From the NCBI GenBank assembly GCA_046726375.1, contig JBKPAJ010000045.1, forward strand, positions 52 through 64,051: DNA of 64,000 bases. Reading direction: 5' to 3'. Below are positions 27,456 through 38,618 of this stretch, piece by piece. A model generated the notes under the pieces. That model was not told where the DNA came from. It worked only from the letters and a program-made list of their open reading frames with translations, and ran no database searches. The stretch comes from Acidobacteriota bacterium (GTDB taxonomy: Bacteria > Acidobacteriota > Vicinamibacteria > Vicinamibacterales > UBA2999). The translations under genes and the position numbers were made by a program. Position 1 is the stretch's first letter; each line of letters opens with the position of its first letter.

Positions 27456-29369
27456 ATGATGCTCACGAAGGCAAGGCGGCGACGGATTGGCCGCTGGCTG
27501 CACGAGCGACGCGAAACCGCCGGGGCCCATCCGCCAGTTGTGCATCGCTCGCCGTGGTGGCAGGTGATGTGCCTCACGGGCGTCGACTATTTTTCGACGC
27601 TCGGCTACCAGCCCGGTATCGCCTTTCTGGCGGCGGGTCTCCTGTCGCCGGTGGCCACGCTGATACTGGTGCTGCTCACGCTGTTCGGCGCGTTGCCAAT
27701 CTATCGCCGCATCGCCGAAGAGAGCCCGCACGGAGAAGGCAGCATCGCCGTACTGGAACATCTTCTTCCGCGCTGGCGCGGCAAGGTTTTCGTGCTAGTG
27801 CTGCTCGGATTTGCCGCGACCGACTTCGTCATCACCATCACGCTCTCGGCGGCGGACGCCACCGCGCACATCATCGAGAACCCGTTCTTCCCCGCGTCGT
27901 TCGGTCGCCCCATCGAAATCACGCTCGTGCTGCTCGCGCTCCTTGCCGCGATTTTTTTGAAAGGCTTCAAGGAAGCGATTGGCCTTGCCGTTGCGCTCGT
28001 CGCCATCTATCTCCTGCTCAACCTCATCGTGGTCGTGTGGGGCTTGAGTTACGTGTTCAGCCACACGGACCTGCTGCCGGCGTGGCAGATGTCGTTGACG
28101 CTCGAGTACGAGAATCCCGCACGCGCGCTGTTTGCCGCGGCCATTCTTTTTCCTCGACTCGCGCTCGGTCTCTCCGGATTCGAGACCGGCGTAGCGGTGA
28201 TGCCACTGGTCGAGGGCGGCAGTTCCAACTACGCGGAGGCCATCGCCGGCCGTATCCGTAACACCAAGAAGCTGCTGGTCACTGCCGCGGTGATCATGAG
28301 CATCATGCTGATGGCAAGCGCGCTGGTGACGACGTTGCTGATTCCGCCGGCGGAGTTTGCAGAAAGTGGTGAGGCCAATGGCCGCGCGCTCGCGTATCTC
28401 GCGCATGAGCATCTGGGCGAAGCGTTTGGCACCGCCTACGACCTGAGCACGATCTCGATCTTGTGGTTTGCCGGCGCGTCGGCCGTCGCCGGGCTTCTGA
28501 ACCTGGTGCCGAGATACCTGCCGCGCTACGGCATGGCGCCCGAGTGGGCGAAGTCGCGGCGGCCGCTCGTGCTCGTCATCGCCGGTATCACCTTCGCGAT
28601 CACGATTATCTTCAAGGCGAGCGTGGATGCCCAGGCCGGCGCCTACGCGACCGGTGTGCTCGTGCTGATGACGTCAGCCGCCGTGGCGGTGACGCTCAGC
28701 GCCCGCCGGGCCGGACGGATGTGGCGCCCGTACGCGTTGATTACCGCCGTTTTCCTTTATACGACCATCGCCAACATCGTGGAGCGGCCCGAAGGCATCA
28801 AAATCGCCTCGCTCTTCATCGTCTCGATCATTTTCGTATCCATGCTCTCGCGCGCGATGCGCGTTACCGAGCTGCGCGTCCACGCTGTGGAGCTCGATGA
28901 CACCGCGCAACGATTCGTCAAGGAGGCGTCGACTGCCCGGGCCCTTCGCATCATCGCGAACCGCCCCGATAGCGGATCCAAGGCCGAATACGACGGCAAG
29001 CTGCGCGAAGCGATGGACTCGCATCACCTCAGACGCGACGAGCCGGTGCTGTTTCTGGAGGTGCAACTTGGTGACGCGTCGGACTTCAGCGGCACGTTGA
29101 ATGTGGAAGGCGTCGAGGTTGGCGGCCATCGCGTCCTGCGCTGCGTTGGGCCGGCGGTGCCCAACGCCATTGCGGCGTTCCTGCTGCACGTCCGCGATCT
29201 CACGCGTCTCATCCCGCACGCGTATTTCGGGTGGACCGAGGGCAATCCCATCACCTACGTGCTGAAGTATCTGGCGCTCGGCGAAGGCGATACGGCGCCC
29301 GTCACTCGCGAAGTGCTGCGGCAGGCCGAACGTGACCCTGAACTGCGCCCGCGGATTCACCTCGGCTGA
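27456..29369 (+). CDS. APC-superfamily-like permease with a ~200-aa C-terminal soluble domain (tentative)
   Basis: About 12 hydrophobic helices are followed by a soluble tail. The N-terminal region [21 protein letters not shown] resembles a family usually annotated as amino-acid/APC permease. Confidence 0.45.
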   Translation: MMLTKARRRRIGRWLHERRETAGAHPPVVHRSPWWQVMCLTGVDYFSTLGYQPGIAFLAAGLLSPVATLILVLLTLFGALPIYRRIAEESPHGEGSIAVLEHLLPRWRGKVFVLVLLGFAATDFVITITLSAADATAHIIENPFFPASFGRPIEITLVLLALLAAIFLKGFKEAIGLAVALVAIYLLLNLIVVVWGLSYVFSHTDLLPAWQMSLTLEYENPARALFAAAILFPRLALGLSGFETGVAVMPLVEGGSSNYAEAIAGRIRNTKKLLVTAAVIMSIMLMASALVTTLLIPPAEFAESGEANGRALAYLAHEHLGEAFGTAYDLSTISILWFAGASAVAGLLNLVPRYLPRYGMAPEWAKSRRPLVLVIAGITFAITIIFKASVDAQAGAYATGVLVLMTSAAVAVTLSARRAGRMWRPYALITAVFLYTTIANIVERPEGIKIASLFIVSIIFVSMLSRAMRVTELRVHAVELDDTAQRFVKEASTARALRIIANRPDSGSKAEYDGKLREAMDSHHLRRDEPVLFLEVQLGDASDFSGTLNVEGVEVGGHRVLRCVGPAVPNAIAAFLLHVRDLTRLIPHAYFGWTEGNPITYVLKYLALGEGDTAPVTREVLRQAERDPELRPRIHLG

Positions 29370-29402
29370 AGAACCTCATTTGCGACATCGAGGTGGAATC
29401 GG

Positions 29403-30818
29403 CTACGCGCTCTTGTCGAGCACGAGACGACGCAGCTCAGCGAGGGTCGCTTCGACCATCTTCCGTGCATCGCCGAAAAGCATCTGCGTGTTGGGCTTAT
29501 AAAAGAGCGGATTCTCGACTCCCGCGTATCCCGTTGCCATTCCGCGTTTCGATACGATGCACGTCTTTGCCTTCCAGACCTCGAGCACCGGCATGCCGTA
29601 AATGGGACTCGACGGATCGTCCATCGCGCCGGGGTTGACGATGTCGTTGGCGCCGATCACGATGGCGACGTCGGTCTCAGGAAAATCGGGGTTGATCTCC
29701 TGCATCTCGTAGACGATGTCGTAGGGCACGCGTGCTTCCGCCAGCAAGACATTCATGTGACCCGGCAACCGTCCGGCAACGGGATGAATCGCGAACCGCA
29801 CCTTCGCGCCTCGCTGCTGCAGAAGCTGCGTGAGCTCGTAGAGCGGATACTGTGCTTGCGCGACCGCCATCCCGTAACCGGGAACGATCACGATGTTGCG
29901 CGCGTCGAGCAGCAACTGGGCCAGATCGGGAGCGCTGATGCTCCGCACTTCGCCGCTCACACTGGCGCCGGCAACGGCAGTGCCCTCCTCAGCACCGAAA
30001 CCGCCGAGAATGACGCTCAGGAACGAACGGTTCATCGCCTGGCACATGATGTAGCTCAGGATCGCGCCGCTGGATCCCACTAGGGCGCCGGTGATGATCA
30101 GCAGATCGTTCGACAGCATGAAGCCGGCCGCCGCCGCCGCCCACCCTGAGTAGCTGTTCAACATCGACACCACGACCGGCATATCGGCGCCGCCGATCGC
30201 CATCACGATGTGAATACCGATGAGGCCGGCGATGGCGGCGGTGGTGAGGAGTGGCCACACCGGCGGATGGTCACCCGCGCCGACGAACTGCGCCCCGAGC
30301 AAGACACACACGATCGCGGCGGCGAAATTGATGGCGTGACGCGCCGGCAGCAGGAGCGGCTTGCTTCGGATGGCGCCTTGAAGTTTCCCGAAGGCGACCA
30401 CAGAACCCGTGAACGTGACCGCACCGATGAAGACACCGAGAAATGTTTCGACGTCATGAATGCGGCGTTCCGCTCCCGTCAGCGCCACACGGGGACTGAG
30501 CGTGGCGGAGAGTCCGACGAGCACGGCCGCGAGCCCGACGAAGCTGTGCAGAATCGCGACGAGCTGCGGCATCGCGGTCATCTGCACGCGCGCCGCGAGT
30601 GCTGCGCCAATGCCGCCGCCGACCGCCAGCATTGCCAGCAGAATCGTGTAATCCGGACCCCGCGGTCCAAACGCCGTCACGGCGATCGCGATGAGCATCC
30701 CGACGATGCCGTAGGTGTTGCCGCGTCGAGCGGAGGCCTGAGCAGACAGGCCGCCGAGGCTCAGGATGAACAGCAATCCGGCGGTGAGATATGCCACCGT
30801 GACGAACGTCTCCGGCAT
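29403..30818 (-). CDS. pntB: NAD(P) transhydrogenase subunit beta
   Basis: Multi-TM N-terminus. The C-terminal dIII domain has the motifs [32 protein letters not shown] and [10 protein letters not shown]. Confidence 0.9.
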   Translation of the reverse strand: MPETFVTVAYLTAGLLFILSLGGLSAQASARRGNTYGIVGMLIAIAVTAFGPRGPDYTILLAMLAVGGGIGAALAARVQMTAMPQLVAILHSFVGLAAVLVGLSATLSPRVALTGAERRIHDVETFLGVFIGAVTFTGSVVAFGKLQGAIRSKPLLLPARHAINFAAAIVCVLLGAQFVGAGDHPPVWPLLTTAAIAGLIGIHIVMAIGGADMPVVVSMLNSYSGWAAAAAGFMLSNDLLIITGALVGSSGAILSYIMCQAMNRSFLSVILGGFGAEEGTAVAGASVSGEVRSISAPDLAQLLLDARNIVIVPGYGMAVAQAQYPLYELTQLLQQRGAKVRFAIHPVAGRLPGHMNVLLAEARVPYDIVYEMQEINPDFPETDVAIVIGANDIVNPGAMDDPSSPIYGMPVLEVWKAKTCIVSKRGMATGYAGVENPLFYKPNTQMLFGDARKMVEATLAELRRLVLDKSA

Positions 30819-30827
30819 CTCTGCGTC

Positions 30828-32399
30828 CTATCGCCGAAACATCCGCAGCATCCGCTGCGTCACCAGAAAGCCGCCGGCGATGTTGATGGTCGAGAGGACA
30901 ACGGCGGCGGCTCCGAGCCATAACGCGGCGGATGTCGGCGGCCCGATCAACTGCAGCATCCCGCCGATGACGATGATGCCGCTGATGGCGTTGGTCACGC
31001 TCATGAGCGGCGTGTGCAGCGCCGGCGTGACGTTCCACACCACCTGCCAGCCGACGACACATGCGAGCGCGAACACGGTCAGATGGGACAGGAACGCAGG
31101 CGGCGCGACGAAGCCGAGCGCAATCGCCGCGGCCGCGCCCAGCGCAGCGAGCGCCGCCGCTAACGCGGGATTCTTTTGCGCCACGAGTGGCGGCGCCGGC
31201 ACGGCGGCAACAACAACCGGCTTCACAGCCGGCAAGGGCGGCGGTGCCTCGGCACGCGGCGGCGGCCATGTGATCTCGCCGTTGTGCACGACCAGCGCAT
31301 TTCGAATCACCGTGTCGTCGCGATCGATCTTGAAGTTCGCGGCGCCGCCCATATCGCTGAGGAGGTGAACAAGGTTGTTGCCGTACAGAAAGCTCGCCGT
31401 CGGCGCCAGGCGGCTGGGAAGATCGACGTAGCCGATGATGTGGACGCCGTAGCGTTCCACAACCTTGTTCGGAACCGTAAGTGCGCAATTTCCGCCGTTC
31501 TCGGCCGCAAGATCGACTACCACCGATCCCTTTTTCATCGAGCGCACCATGTCTTCGGTGATGAGCAAGGGAGCGGGCCGATTCGGAATCAGCGCAGTGG
31601 TGATGATGATGTCAACATCTCGCGCCTGTGCCGCAAACAACTCCATCTCGGCGCGGATGAATTCCGGCGTCATTTCCTTCGCGTACCCGCCCGCCGCCTC
31701 TCCTTCCTCGCGCACTTCCAGCTCGAGGAACTCGGCGCCCATACTCTTCACCTGTTCTTTGACGGCGCTGCGCGTGTCGAACGCGCGAACGATTGCGCCG
31801 AGACCGCGCGCGGCGCCGATGGCCGCCAGTCCCGCGACGCCTGCGCCGATCACCAGCACTTTTGCCGGTGGCACGCGGCCTGCCGCCGTCATTTGTCCGG
31901 TGAAGAATCGGCCGTAGAAGCTCGCGGCTTCGATGACGGCGCGATAGCCGGCAATATTGGCCATCGAGGAGAGCGCGTCCATCTTCTGGGCGCGGGTAAT
32001 ACGAGGGATCTGATCGACGGCCAGTGCCGTGACCTTGCGCGCCGCCAGACGCGACACCAGCGCTTCGTGCTTCGCCGGCCAGAGAAAGCTAATCAGCACC
32101 GCTTGGGGGCGCATCAAATCGACTTCGTGGGCGCCGAGCTCGGCGTATTCATCGGGCGGCTGGACCTTGAGAATGACGTCCGCGTCTCGCCAGAGCTGCT
32201 TGGTATTTTTCGTTACGACCGCACCACTCTGGCGAAAGTCCTCGTCGCCGAACGACGCGCCCGTGCCGGCGTCGGACTCGATGACCACGTCGAACCCAAG
32301 TTGCCGCAGGCTTCGAACCGTTTCCGGTGTCGCCGCGACACGGCGCTCACCCGCCCGCCGTTCTCGAGGCACCCCAATCCTCTTGGTCGCTTCCGTCAT
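30828..32399 (-). CDS. pntA: NAD(P) transhydrogenase subunit alpha (fused dI + membrane dII-alpha, 523 aa)
   Basis: It has the alanine-dehydrogenase-like dI domain ([22 protein letters not shown]). The C-terminal membrane helices end ...[16 protein letters not shown]. Confidence 0.9.
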   Translation of the reverse strand: MTEATKRIGVPRERRAGERRVAATPETVRSLRQLGFDVVIESDAGTGASFGDEDFRQSGAVVTKNTKQLWRDADVILKVQPPDEYAELGAHEVDLMRPQAVLISFLWPAKHEALVSRLAARKVTALAVDQIPRITRAQKMDALSSMANIAGYRAVIEAASFYGRFFTGQMTAAGRVPPAKVLVIGAGVAGLAAIGAARGLGAIVRAFDTRSAVKEQVKSMGAEFLELEVREEGEAAGGYAKEMTPEFIRAEMELFAAQARDVDIIITTALIPNRPAPLLITEDMVRSMKKGSVVVDLAAENGGNCALTVPNKVVERYGVHIIGYVDLPSRLAPTASFLYGNNLVHLLSDMGGAANFKIDRDDTVIRNALVVHNGEITWPPPRAEAPPPLPAVKPVVVAAVPAPPLVAQKNPALAAALAALGAAAAIALGFVAPPAFLSHLTVFALACVVGWQVVWNVTPALHTPLMSVTNAISGIIVIGGMLQLIGPPTSAALWLGAAAVVLSTINIAGGFLVTQRMLRMFRR

Positions 32400-32500
32400 G
32401 TCAACTCACCATCATAGGTGTGTTCGCAGTTCTACAGAAACCACACCCCTGCCCTGACATTGATCGAAAACCGGCTCCGCGCACCTACAATACGCGACGT

Positions 32501-33598
32501 ATGCGAGTCGTCGTCTTGAAGGAACGCGCCGAGCGCGAGCACCGGGTCGCGCTCGTCCCCGAATCGGTTGCCAAACTGATCAAAGCCGGCGCCCAGGTCG
32601 TAGTGGAGCAGCAGGCCGGCGATGCCGCCGGTTTTCCTGATCGCCTCTACATCGCCGCCGGCGCCACGATTGCCAGTTCCGCGTTGCAGGCGCTCACCGG
32701 CGCCAACGTCATCGTCACGGTCCAGCCGCCCATCGCGAATCTCAACGAGCTTCCGGCCGACGCTGTGCTCATCAGCCTGGTCCCGCCGGGAAGCGCCGTC
32801 GATCTCGTGCCGCGCATTGCGGCGCAGCACGTGACCGTGCTCGCTCTCGAGCGGGTGCCGCGCATCACGCGCGCGCAATCGATGGACGTTCTTTCGTCGC
32901 AGGCGACCGTGGCTGGCTACAAAGCCGTGCTGCTCGGCGCGACCCACATGCCGCGACTGATGCCGATGCTCACGACAGCGGCCGGATCGTTGACCCCGGC
33001 CAAGGCGTTTGTGCTCGGCGCCGGTGTCGCCGGACTGCAGGCGATCGCAACGGCGCGGCGCCTCGGCGCCGTGGTCTCGGCGTTCGACGTGCGCGCCGCA
33101 GTGAAAGAGCAAGTCCAGTCGCTCGGCGCAAGCTTCGTCGAGGCGGGTGTGACGGCGGAGGGCGCCGGCGGATACGCCCGCGAGCAGACGGCGGACGAGC
33201 AGGCGCTCATGCAACAGGCGTTGGCCAATCACATCAAGGATACGGATCTGGCGATCGCGACGGCGGCGATTCCCGGCAAACGCGCGCCGGTGCTCATCAG
33301 CGAGGCGATGGTCGCGTCGATGAAGCCGGGCGCGGTGATCGTGGACCTTGCGGCGGAGAGCGGCGGCAATTGCGCGCTGACCAAAGCGGGCGAAGTTTTC
33401 ACGACCTCCAATGGCGTCACCATTGTCGGGCCTCTGAACCTGGCGGCGTCGGTGCCGCTCCATGCGAGTCAGATGTTCAGCCGCAACGTCCTGACGCTCT
33501 TGCAACACCTGATGAAAGACGGGCAAGTCGTCATCGACTTGAACGACGAGATTACTGGGCCGATGTGCGTGGCACATCAAGGCCAGGTGCGGAGCTGA
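32501..33598 (+). CDS. pntAA: NAD(P) transhydrogenase subunit alpha part 1 (soluble dI only)
   Basis: The ATG at 32501 gives MRVVVLKERAEREHRVALVPESV. A Rossmann motif AFVLGAGVAGLQAIATARRLGA is present. No TM region. Confidence 0.9.
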   Translation: MRVVVLKERAEREHRVALVPESVAKLIKAGAQVVVEQQAGDAAGFPDRLYIAAGATIASSALQALTGANVIVTVQPPIANLNELPADAVLISLVPPGSAVDLVPRIAAQHVTVLALERVPRITRAQSMDVLSSQATVAGYKAVLLGATHMPRLMPMLTTAAGSLTPAKAFVLGAGVAGLQAIATARRLGAVVSAFDVRAAVKEQVQSLGASFVEAGVTAEGAGGYAREQTADEQALMQQALANHIKDTDLAIATAAIPGKRAPVLISEAMVASMKPGAVIVDLAAESGGNCALTKAGEVFTTSNGVTIVGPLNLAASVPLHASQMFSRNVLTLLQHLMKDGQVVIDLNDEITGPMCVAHQGQVRS

Positions 33599-33603
33599 TT
33601 GCC

Positions 33604-33903
33604 ATGTCCACCGAAGCGCTTGTCGTCGCCATTGTGATCTTTACGCTTGCCACTTTTCTTGGCGTCGAGCTGATCGGGCGCATTCCGCCCATGCTGCATA
33701 CGCCGCTGATGTCAGGGGCCAACGCCGTCAGCGGCATCACGATCGTCGGATCGCTGGTCATCGCCGGCAGCAATCTCGGTTGGATCTCGAACGTGTTTGG
33801 CTTTGTCGCCGTCGTGCTCGCGATGATGAACGTGGCCGGCGGCTACGCCGTGACCGATCGCATGCTAGGTATGTTCCGCGCCAAAGGCGAGGAGAAGAAG
33901 TGA
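33604..33903 (+). CDS. pntAB: NAD(P) transhydrogenase subunit alpha part 2 (membrane)
   Basis: 99 aa with 3 TM helices. The motifs HTPLMSGANAVSGI and NVAGGYAVTDRMLGMF are present. The stop overlaps the next start (ATGA). Confidence 0.85.
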   Translation: MSTEALVVAIVIFTLATFLGVELIGRIPPMLHTPLMSGANAVSGITIVGSLVIAGSNLGWISNVFGFVAVVLAMMNVAGGYAVTDRMLGMFRAKGEEKK

Positions 33904-35297
33904 TGCCGTATTGGGCGACACAGATCTTCTATCTCCTTTCCGCGATTCTCTTCATCGTCGGCCTCAAACGGATGAACAGCCCCGCGACGGCGCGGAGGGG
34001 CAACCTGATCTCGCTCGTCGGCATGCTGCTGGCAATGGCTGTGACGCTCCTCGATCAGACGATCGTGTCGTACTGGATCATCCTTGCCGGTGTCGCGGTC
34101 GGCACCACGCTTGGACTGTGGCAGGCCTACTCGGTACGAATGACGGCGATGCCGCAGATGGTTGCGCTCCTCAATGGATGGGGCGGCGGCGCGTCGATGG
34201 TGGTGAGCGCGGCGGAGTTCCTGCGCTCACATCAGGGCAACGCGCTCATTCCTACACAGACGGGCATCGTGATGCAGGCAGGTCTGCTGATTGGCGGCGT
34301 GACACTGACTGGGAGTCTTATCGCGTTCGCGAAGCTTCAGGAATGGATGACGGGCCGTCCGATCACGTTCCGCGGGCAGAACGCGTTCAACGCGCTGGTG
34401 TTTTTGACGCTCGTCGGACTCGCGTGGTGGCAGGTATCAACGGAAGTGCCGCTGCTGGTGCCTTTTTATCTGCTCTGCGCGTTGTCGCTGGTGCTCGGCG
34501 TGTTGCTGGTGATTCCGATCGGCGGCGCCGACATGCCCGTCGTCATCTCTCTGCTCAATTCGTACTCAGGCATCGCCGCGGGAATGACCGGGTTTGTGAT
34601 CAACAACGAAGTGTTGATCATCGCGGGCGCGCTGGTCGGAAGCTCCGGCATTATTCTGAGCCAGATCATGTGCAAGGCGATGAATCGTTCGTTGATGAAC
34701 GTGCTGTTCGGCGCCTTTGGGACGCATACGACGGCCGCCGGCGGCGCCAAATCCGCGGCCGGTCTCACGGTGAAATCGATCATGCCCGAGGATCTGGGTG
34801 TGCAGGTCGCGTACGCGCAAAAGATGATTGTCGTGCCCGGCTACGGGATGGCGGTGGCGCAGGCACAGCACCAGGTGCGTGAACTGGCCGATCTCGTCGA
34901 GAAACGTGGCGGCACCGTGAAGTACGCAATCCATCCCGTCGCCGGCCGCATGCCAGGTCACATGAACGTGCTGCTCGCGGAAGCGAACGTTCCTTACGAT
35001 CGCTTGTACGAGATGGACGAAATCAATCCCGAGTTCGATGAAACAGACGTCTGCCTCGTGATTGGCGCCAACGACGTGGTCAATCCGGCCGCGCGTCACG
35101 ACACCGGCTCGCCGATTTACGGCATGCCGATCATCAACGCCGACAAGGCGAAGATGTGTGTCGTGCTCAAACGGTCGATGGCCGCCGGGTTTGCCGGGAT
35201 TGAAAACGAGCTGTTCTACGCGCCGCGCACGTGGATGCTCTTTGGCGATGCCAAACAGAGCTTGCAGAAGTTGATCTCGGAAGTGAAACAGGCCTGA
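33903..35297 (+). CDS. pntB: NAD(P) transhydrogenase subunit beta (second copy)
   Basis: It has the same dIII motifs as the first copy ([42 protein letters not shown]). Confidence 0.9.
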   Translation: MPYWATQIFYLLSAILFIVGLKRMNSPATARRGNLISLVGMLLAMAVTLLDQTIVSYWIILAGVAVGTTLGLWQAYSVRMTAMPQMVALLNGWGGGASMVVSAAEFLRSHQGNALIPTQTGIVMQAGLLIGGVTLTGSLIAFAKLQEWMTGRPITFRGQNAFNALVFLTLVGLAWWQVSTEVPLLVPFYLLCALSLVLGVLLVIPIGGADMPVVISLLNSYSGIAAGMTGFVINNEVLIIAGALVGSSGIILSQIMCKAMNRSLMNVLFGAFGTHTTAAGGAKSAAGLTVKSIMPEDLGVQVAYAQKMIVVPGYGMAVAQAQHQVRELADLVEKRGGTVKYAIHPVAGRMPGHMNVLLAEANVPYDRLYEMDEINPEFDETDVCLVIGANDVVNPAARHDTGSPIYGMPIINADKAKMCVVLKRSMAAGFAGIENELFYAPRTWMLFGDAKQSLQKLISEVKQA

Positions 35298-35380
35298 CGG
35301 TCGACGCCTCCCCGGCTACGACCCACGGGACACATTCGGTTCAGCTTGAGGGCCACAGGTTGCGCATGCGAACGTGAGTT

Positions 35381-35944
35381 GTGCTGCGCATTGCGGTCCT
35401 CGGCGACAGTCTTGCCGTGTCGCCGTCACGTGATCTGGGCTTCCCTTCTATTCTGCAGTCTCGTATCGACGCGTCCGGCGTCCGCGCGGTGGTCATCAAC
35501 GCCGGCTCGCGGGGAGACACCACGAGTGGCGGGTTGCGCCGCTTGTTGGACGTCATGTCACAACAGCCGCGGATCCTCGTGGTGGCGCTCGGAGCCAACG
35601 ACGGCTTGCGCCGCGTTCCCGTGGCCGATGTGCAGCGCAACCTCGCCGCGATTATTCGCCAGGCGACGGGTCTCGGCGCACGCGTGCTTCTATGCGGGAT
35701 GGAGACACCGCCGATTCGAGGCTGGCAATACACGTTGGCGTTTCACAAAGTCTTTCCCTACCTCGCCGCCGAGTACAAGGTGCCGCTTGTCCCCTTCCTG
35801 CTGACCGGTGTCGCCCTCAATCCCGAGCTGAACGGCGAAGATCTCATCCATCCGAACGAAGCTGGCGCCCGGCAGATCGCGGCCACGGTTTGGCCCTATC
35901 TGCGGCCAATGATCGAGGAGGAAACGAAAGCCGCAGTCGGGTAG
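35381..35944 (+). CDS. SGNH/GDSL hydrolase (TesA/arylesterase-like)
   Basis: Block I is IAVLGDSL, block III is GANDGL, and block V is DLIHPN. The start codon is GTG. Confidence 0.8.
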   Translation: MLRIAVLGDSLAVSPSRDLGFPSILQSRIDASGVRAVVINAGSRGDTTSGGLRRLLDVMSQQPRILVVALGANDGLRRVPVADVQRNLAAIIRQATGLGARVLLCGMETPPIRGWQYTLAFHKVFPYLAAEYKVPLVPFLLTGVALNPELNGEDLIHPNEAGARQIAATVWPYLRPMIEEETKAAVG

Positions 35945-35954
35945 GATCGCGCGC

Positions 35955-36998
35955 ATGCGCCGCATAGCTCTGCTGCTCGTTGTTATCGCAACACCGTGTC
36001 TGGCTCAGTCCCACTCGCCGTCCGAGCAGGCCAGTTCTGATCCATGGTTCTCAACTTTTTCCATCATCGCGTTTGATCCAACGACGAAAGAACTCGGAGT
36101 GGGAGTGCAGTCGCGCGCGTTTGGCGCGGGCGCGGCCGTTCCGTTCGCCGAACCCGGAGTCGGAGCTGTTGCCACACAGGCGTCGGCAAATCGCCAATAT
36201 GGACCAAAGGCGATGGCGCTGCTCAAGCAGGGCCTGAGTCCGGCCGAGGTGATCAAGCGGATCACGGACGAGGATCCCGGACGCGATACGCGACAAGTGG
36301 CGGTGATCGACACACAAGGGCGATCGGCGGTGTACACCGGCAAGCGTGTGATCGATCGCAACTTCGACAAGAACGATCCGGTGCACTTCGGCGGCTACGC
36401 CGGCCACGTCACGGGAACGAATTTCTCGGCGCAGGGAAACACGCTCGCCAGCGAGGAAGTGGTCAAGGCCATGGCGGCGGCGTACGAAAACGGCAAGGGC
36501 GCGATGGCGGAGCGGCTGATGGATGCGCTCGACGCCGGTCAATCGAAAGGCGGCGACACGCGCGGCATGCAATCGGCCGGCCTTCTGGTCGTCCGCCCGC
36601 TCGCTCCGAATTCCGAGTCGACGGTCGAGCGCATCGTCGACATCCGCGTGGACGATGCGGAGAATCCGTTCAGGGAGTTGCGCCGGTTGATGAACATGAC
36701 GCTGGGCGTGCCGAATCGCCTGACCGAGAGCGCCGCGCAGCTCGCCAAGCAAGGCAAGTTCATCGAAGCGATTGCCGAGCAGAAGAAGGCGCTCGAGATC
36801 AATCCGCGTTCCGAACAGCTGCAGTACGCGCTCGCGCAGATTTATGCGCAGTCGGGCGACCAAAAGAACGCGATGGCTTTGCTCAATCAGGCAATCACGC
36901 GCCAGCCAAGCGTCTGGAAGCCACGGGCGGCACAGGATCCGGTATTCGCAAAGTTGCGGGACTCGGCCGAATTCAAGCGTCTGGTGGGCAGCAACTGA
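35955..36998 (+). CDS. DUF1028 (Ntn-hydrolase-like) protein with C-terminal TPR region, exported
   Basis: A signal peptide is followed by TFSIIAFDPTTKELGVGVQSRAFGAGAAVPFAEPGVGAVATQA, typical of DUF1028. The C-terminal stretch AEQKKALEINPRSEQLQYALAQIYAQSGDQKNA is TPR-like. Confidence 0.7.
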   Translation: MRRIALLLVVIATPCLAQSHSPSEQASSDPWFSTFSIIAFDPTTKELGVGVQSRAFGAGAAVPFAEPGVGAVATQASANRQYGPKAMALLKQGLSPAEVIKRITDEDPGRDTRQVAVIDTQGRSAVYTGKRVIDRNFDKNDPVHFGGYAGHVTGTNFSAQGNTLASEEVVKAMAAAYENGKGAMAERLMDALDAGQSKGGDTRGMQSAGLLVVRPLAPNSESTVERIVDIRVDDAENPFRELRRLMNMTLGVPNRLTESAAQLAKQGKFIEAIAEQKKALEINPRSEQLQYALAQIYAQSGDQKNAMALLNQAITRQPSVWKPRAAQDPVFAKLRDSAEFKRLVGSN

Positions 36999-38618
36999 CT
37001 AGGCCCAGTCGGGCGATTCGGCCAGTGCCTCGGCGCGTCTGCGCAGCGCGATATTCAAGAGCCCTGCCGCAGCCAGCAGGATCGCCGCAGCCACGATCAC
37101 TCCCGTCCCCGAACCGTAGGCAAATTCCTCGAGCATGAACAGCGCGAAGGTACCCCCCATCATCGACATCAGCATCCACGCGAACAAGGTCATGCTCGCG
37201 ACAGACTTTTGCGGCGCGCTGGCGAATGGCAGTCGCGGATCGACGAGCGTCGCGCCTTGCAGCATGATGTGACTCAGCAAGCCAAGGAACGCCGCGTGAA
37301 CGATTCCGTGGACGGCATGCTGGTACCGCCACGTCAAGACTGCGGCGAGAAACACCACGAACGGCGTGAGGAACAACCACACAATGACGTTCTTCATCGC
37401 AACGATCAAACGCGTGCGGGACGCCGGCGTCACAAAGTAGATCCAGGCGGCGCGGAAGGCGTCGGACATTGAAAGATGCTGAATGAGGATGGTGGGAAAA
37501 AACAGGACCGCCAGCGCCATGAGATTAAACGCTTCGCCATTCTGCTCGACGAGAAATGGATCGGCGCCCGACCCGTCGCTGGCGCCAATGAACATATAGA
37601 GCAGGGTAAGCGGGATCGTCGACAGAATGCCAAGTCGAACGCGAACGTCGTGGCGAAAATGCGCTCGCACGAGCAGCACAACCGCGCGCGGTTCGTCGCG
37701 CCTGAAAAACCACGCAGGGCGCCGCGAGCGGCCTCCGGCATTCGCCGGCGCGTCGGTGGATATGCGTGAAAGATGCTCGGCGTAGCCGGCCGCCAGCGGT
37801 CCGCGGAGAAGAACGGCCATCGCGCCCAGAAACACCACGGAAATCGCCGCGCGACCCCAAACACTGGCGTCGGTTATTCCGCTCGCGATCTCGAGATAGC
37901 TCGCGTACCACGCCGGAGGCAGGAAGTACAGCCACACGCCGCGCGGCATCGAGGCATCCGTCACCAGCGATCGATCAGTTAGCCCGAACAGCAGGAACGC
38001 TCCTCCGTAGGCAATCATGGCGACGAATATTTGCGTGTAGCCGAGAATTCGCTGTAACCGCGCGGGACCGACCGAACGGAGCACGGTGCCATAAACCGCA
38101 ACAATCGTGAACGTTGTGGCGAGGGAGCACGCCAACAACGAAACGACCGCCGCGAAACCGCGCGCCAGATGCAGGCCGCGGGCGAAAGTCTGAACGATCA
38201 CGACCGGCCAGCCCATGAACGCCGTGAGCAAGGTGGAGTGGAAGACGATGTTTGTGAGACGCACCGCGAAAAACGTGCGCGAGGAAATCGGCAGCGGCCC
38301 CAGGATTGAGTGATCGGTCGAGGCCACTATCGTCGGCAGATGTTGCGTGAGAAGCGCGGTGGTAACCAGCGTTGATATATACACGAGCGTCACCACGCCT
38401 GTGAGTAATACGTCTCGATTGATGAGTATGACGGCGGCGGCGCTGATGCCGAACGTGCCGTACACGATCGTCATGACCAGCCAGTTGCGCACGCTGCGGA
38501 GCGAGTAGGCTGTGCGGTCCTGTTGCAGCGGCGGCCGGAAGTCTGCGCGCAGCAGCGTGCGGCTGATCGCCTTCCACTGCATGTAGTCGATGCCGGCACG
38601 CTCGAGGAGCGCTCTCAT
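36999..38618 (-). CDS. Multi-pass membrane protein, putative permease partner of the adjacent ABC ATPase
   Basis: About 12 hydrophobic helices. The start overlaps the ATPase stop by 4 nt. I recognise no named family. Confidence 0.5.
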   Translation of the reverse strand: MRALLERAGIDYMQWKAISRTLLRADFRPPLQQDRTAYSLRSVRNWLVMTIVYGTFGISAAAVILINRDVLLTGVVTLVYISTLVTTALLTQHLPTIVASTDHSILGPLPISSRTFFAVRLTNIVFHSTLLTAFMGWPVVIVQTFARGLHLARGFAAVVSLLACSLATTFTIVAVYGTVLRSVGPARLQRILGYTQIFVAMIAYGGAFLLFGLTDRSLVTDASMPRGVWLYFLPPAWYASYLEIASGITDASVWGRAAISVVFLGAMAVLLRGPLAAGYAEHLSRISTDAPANAGGRSRRPAWFFRRDEPRAVVLLVRAHFRHDVRVRLGILSTIPLTLLYMFIGASDGSGADPFLVEQNGEAFNLMALAVLFFPTILIQHLSMSDAFRAAWIYFVTPASRTRLIVAMKNVIVWLFLTPFVVFLAAVLTWRYQHAVHGIVHAAFLGLLSHIMLQGATLVDPRLPFASAPQKSVASMTLFAWMLMSMMGGTFALFMLEEFAYGSGTGVIVAAAILLAAAGLLNIALRRRAEALAESPDWA

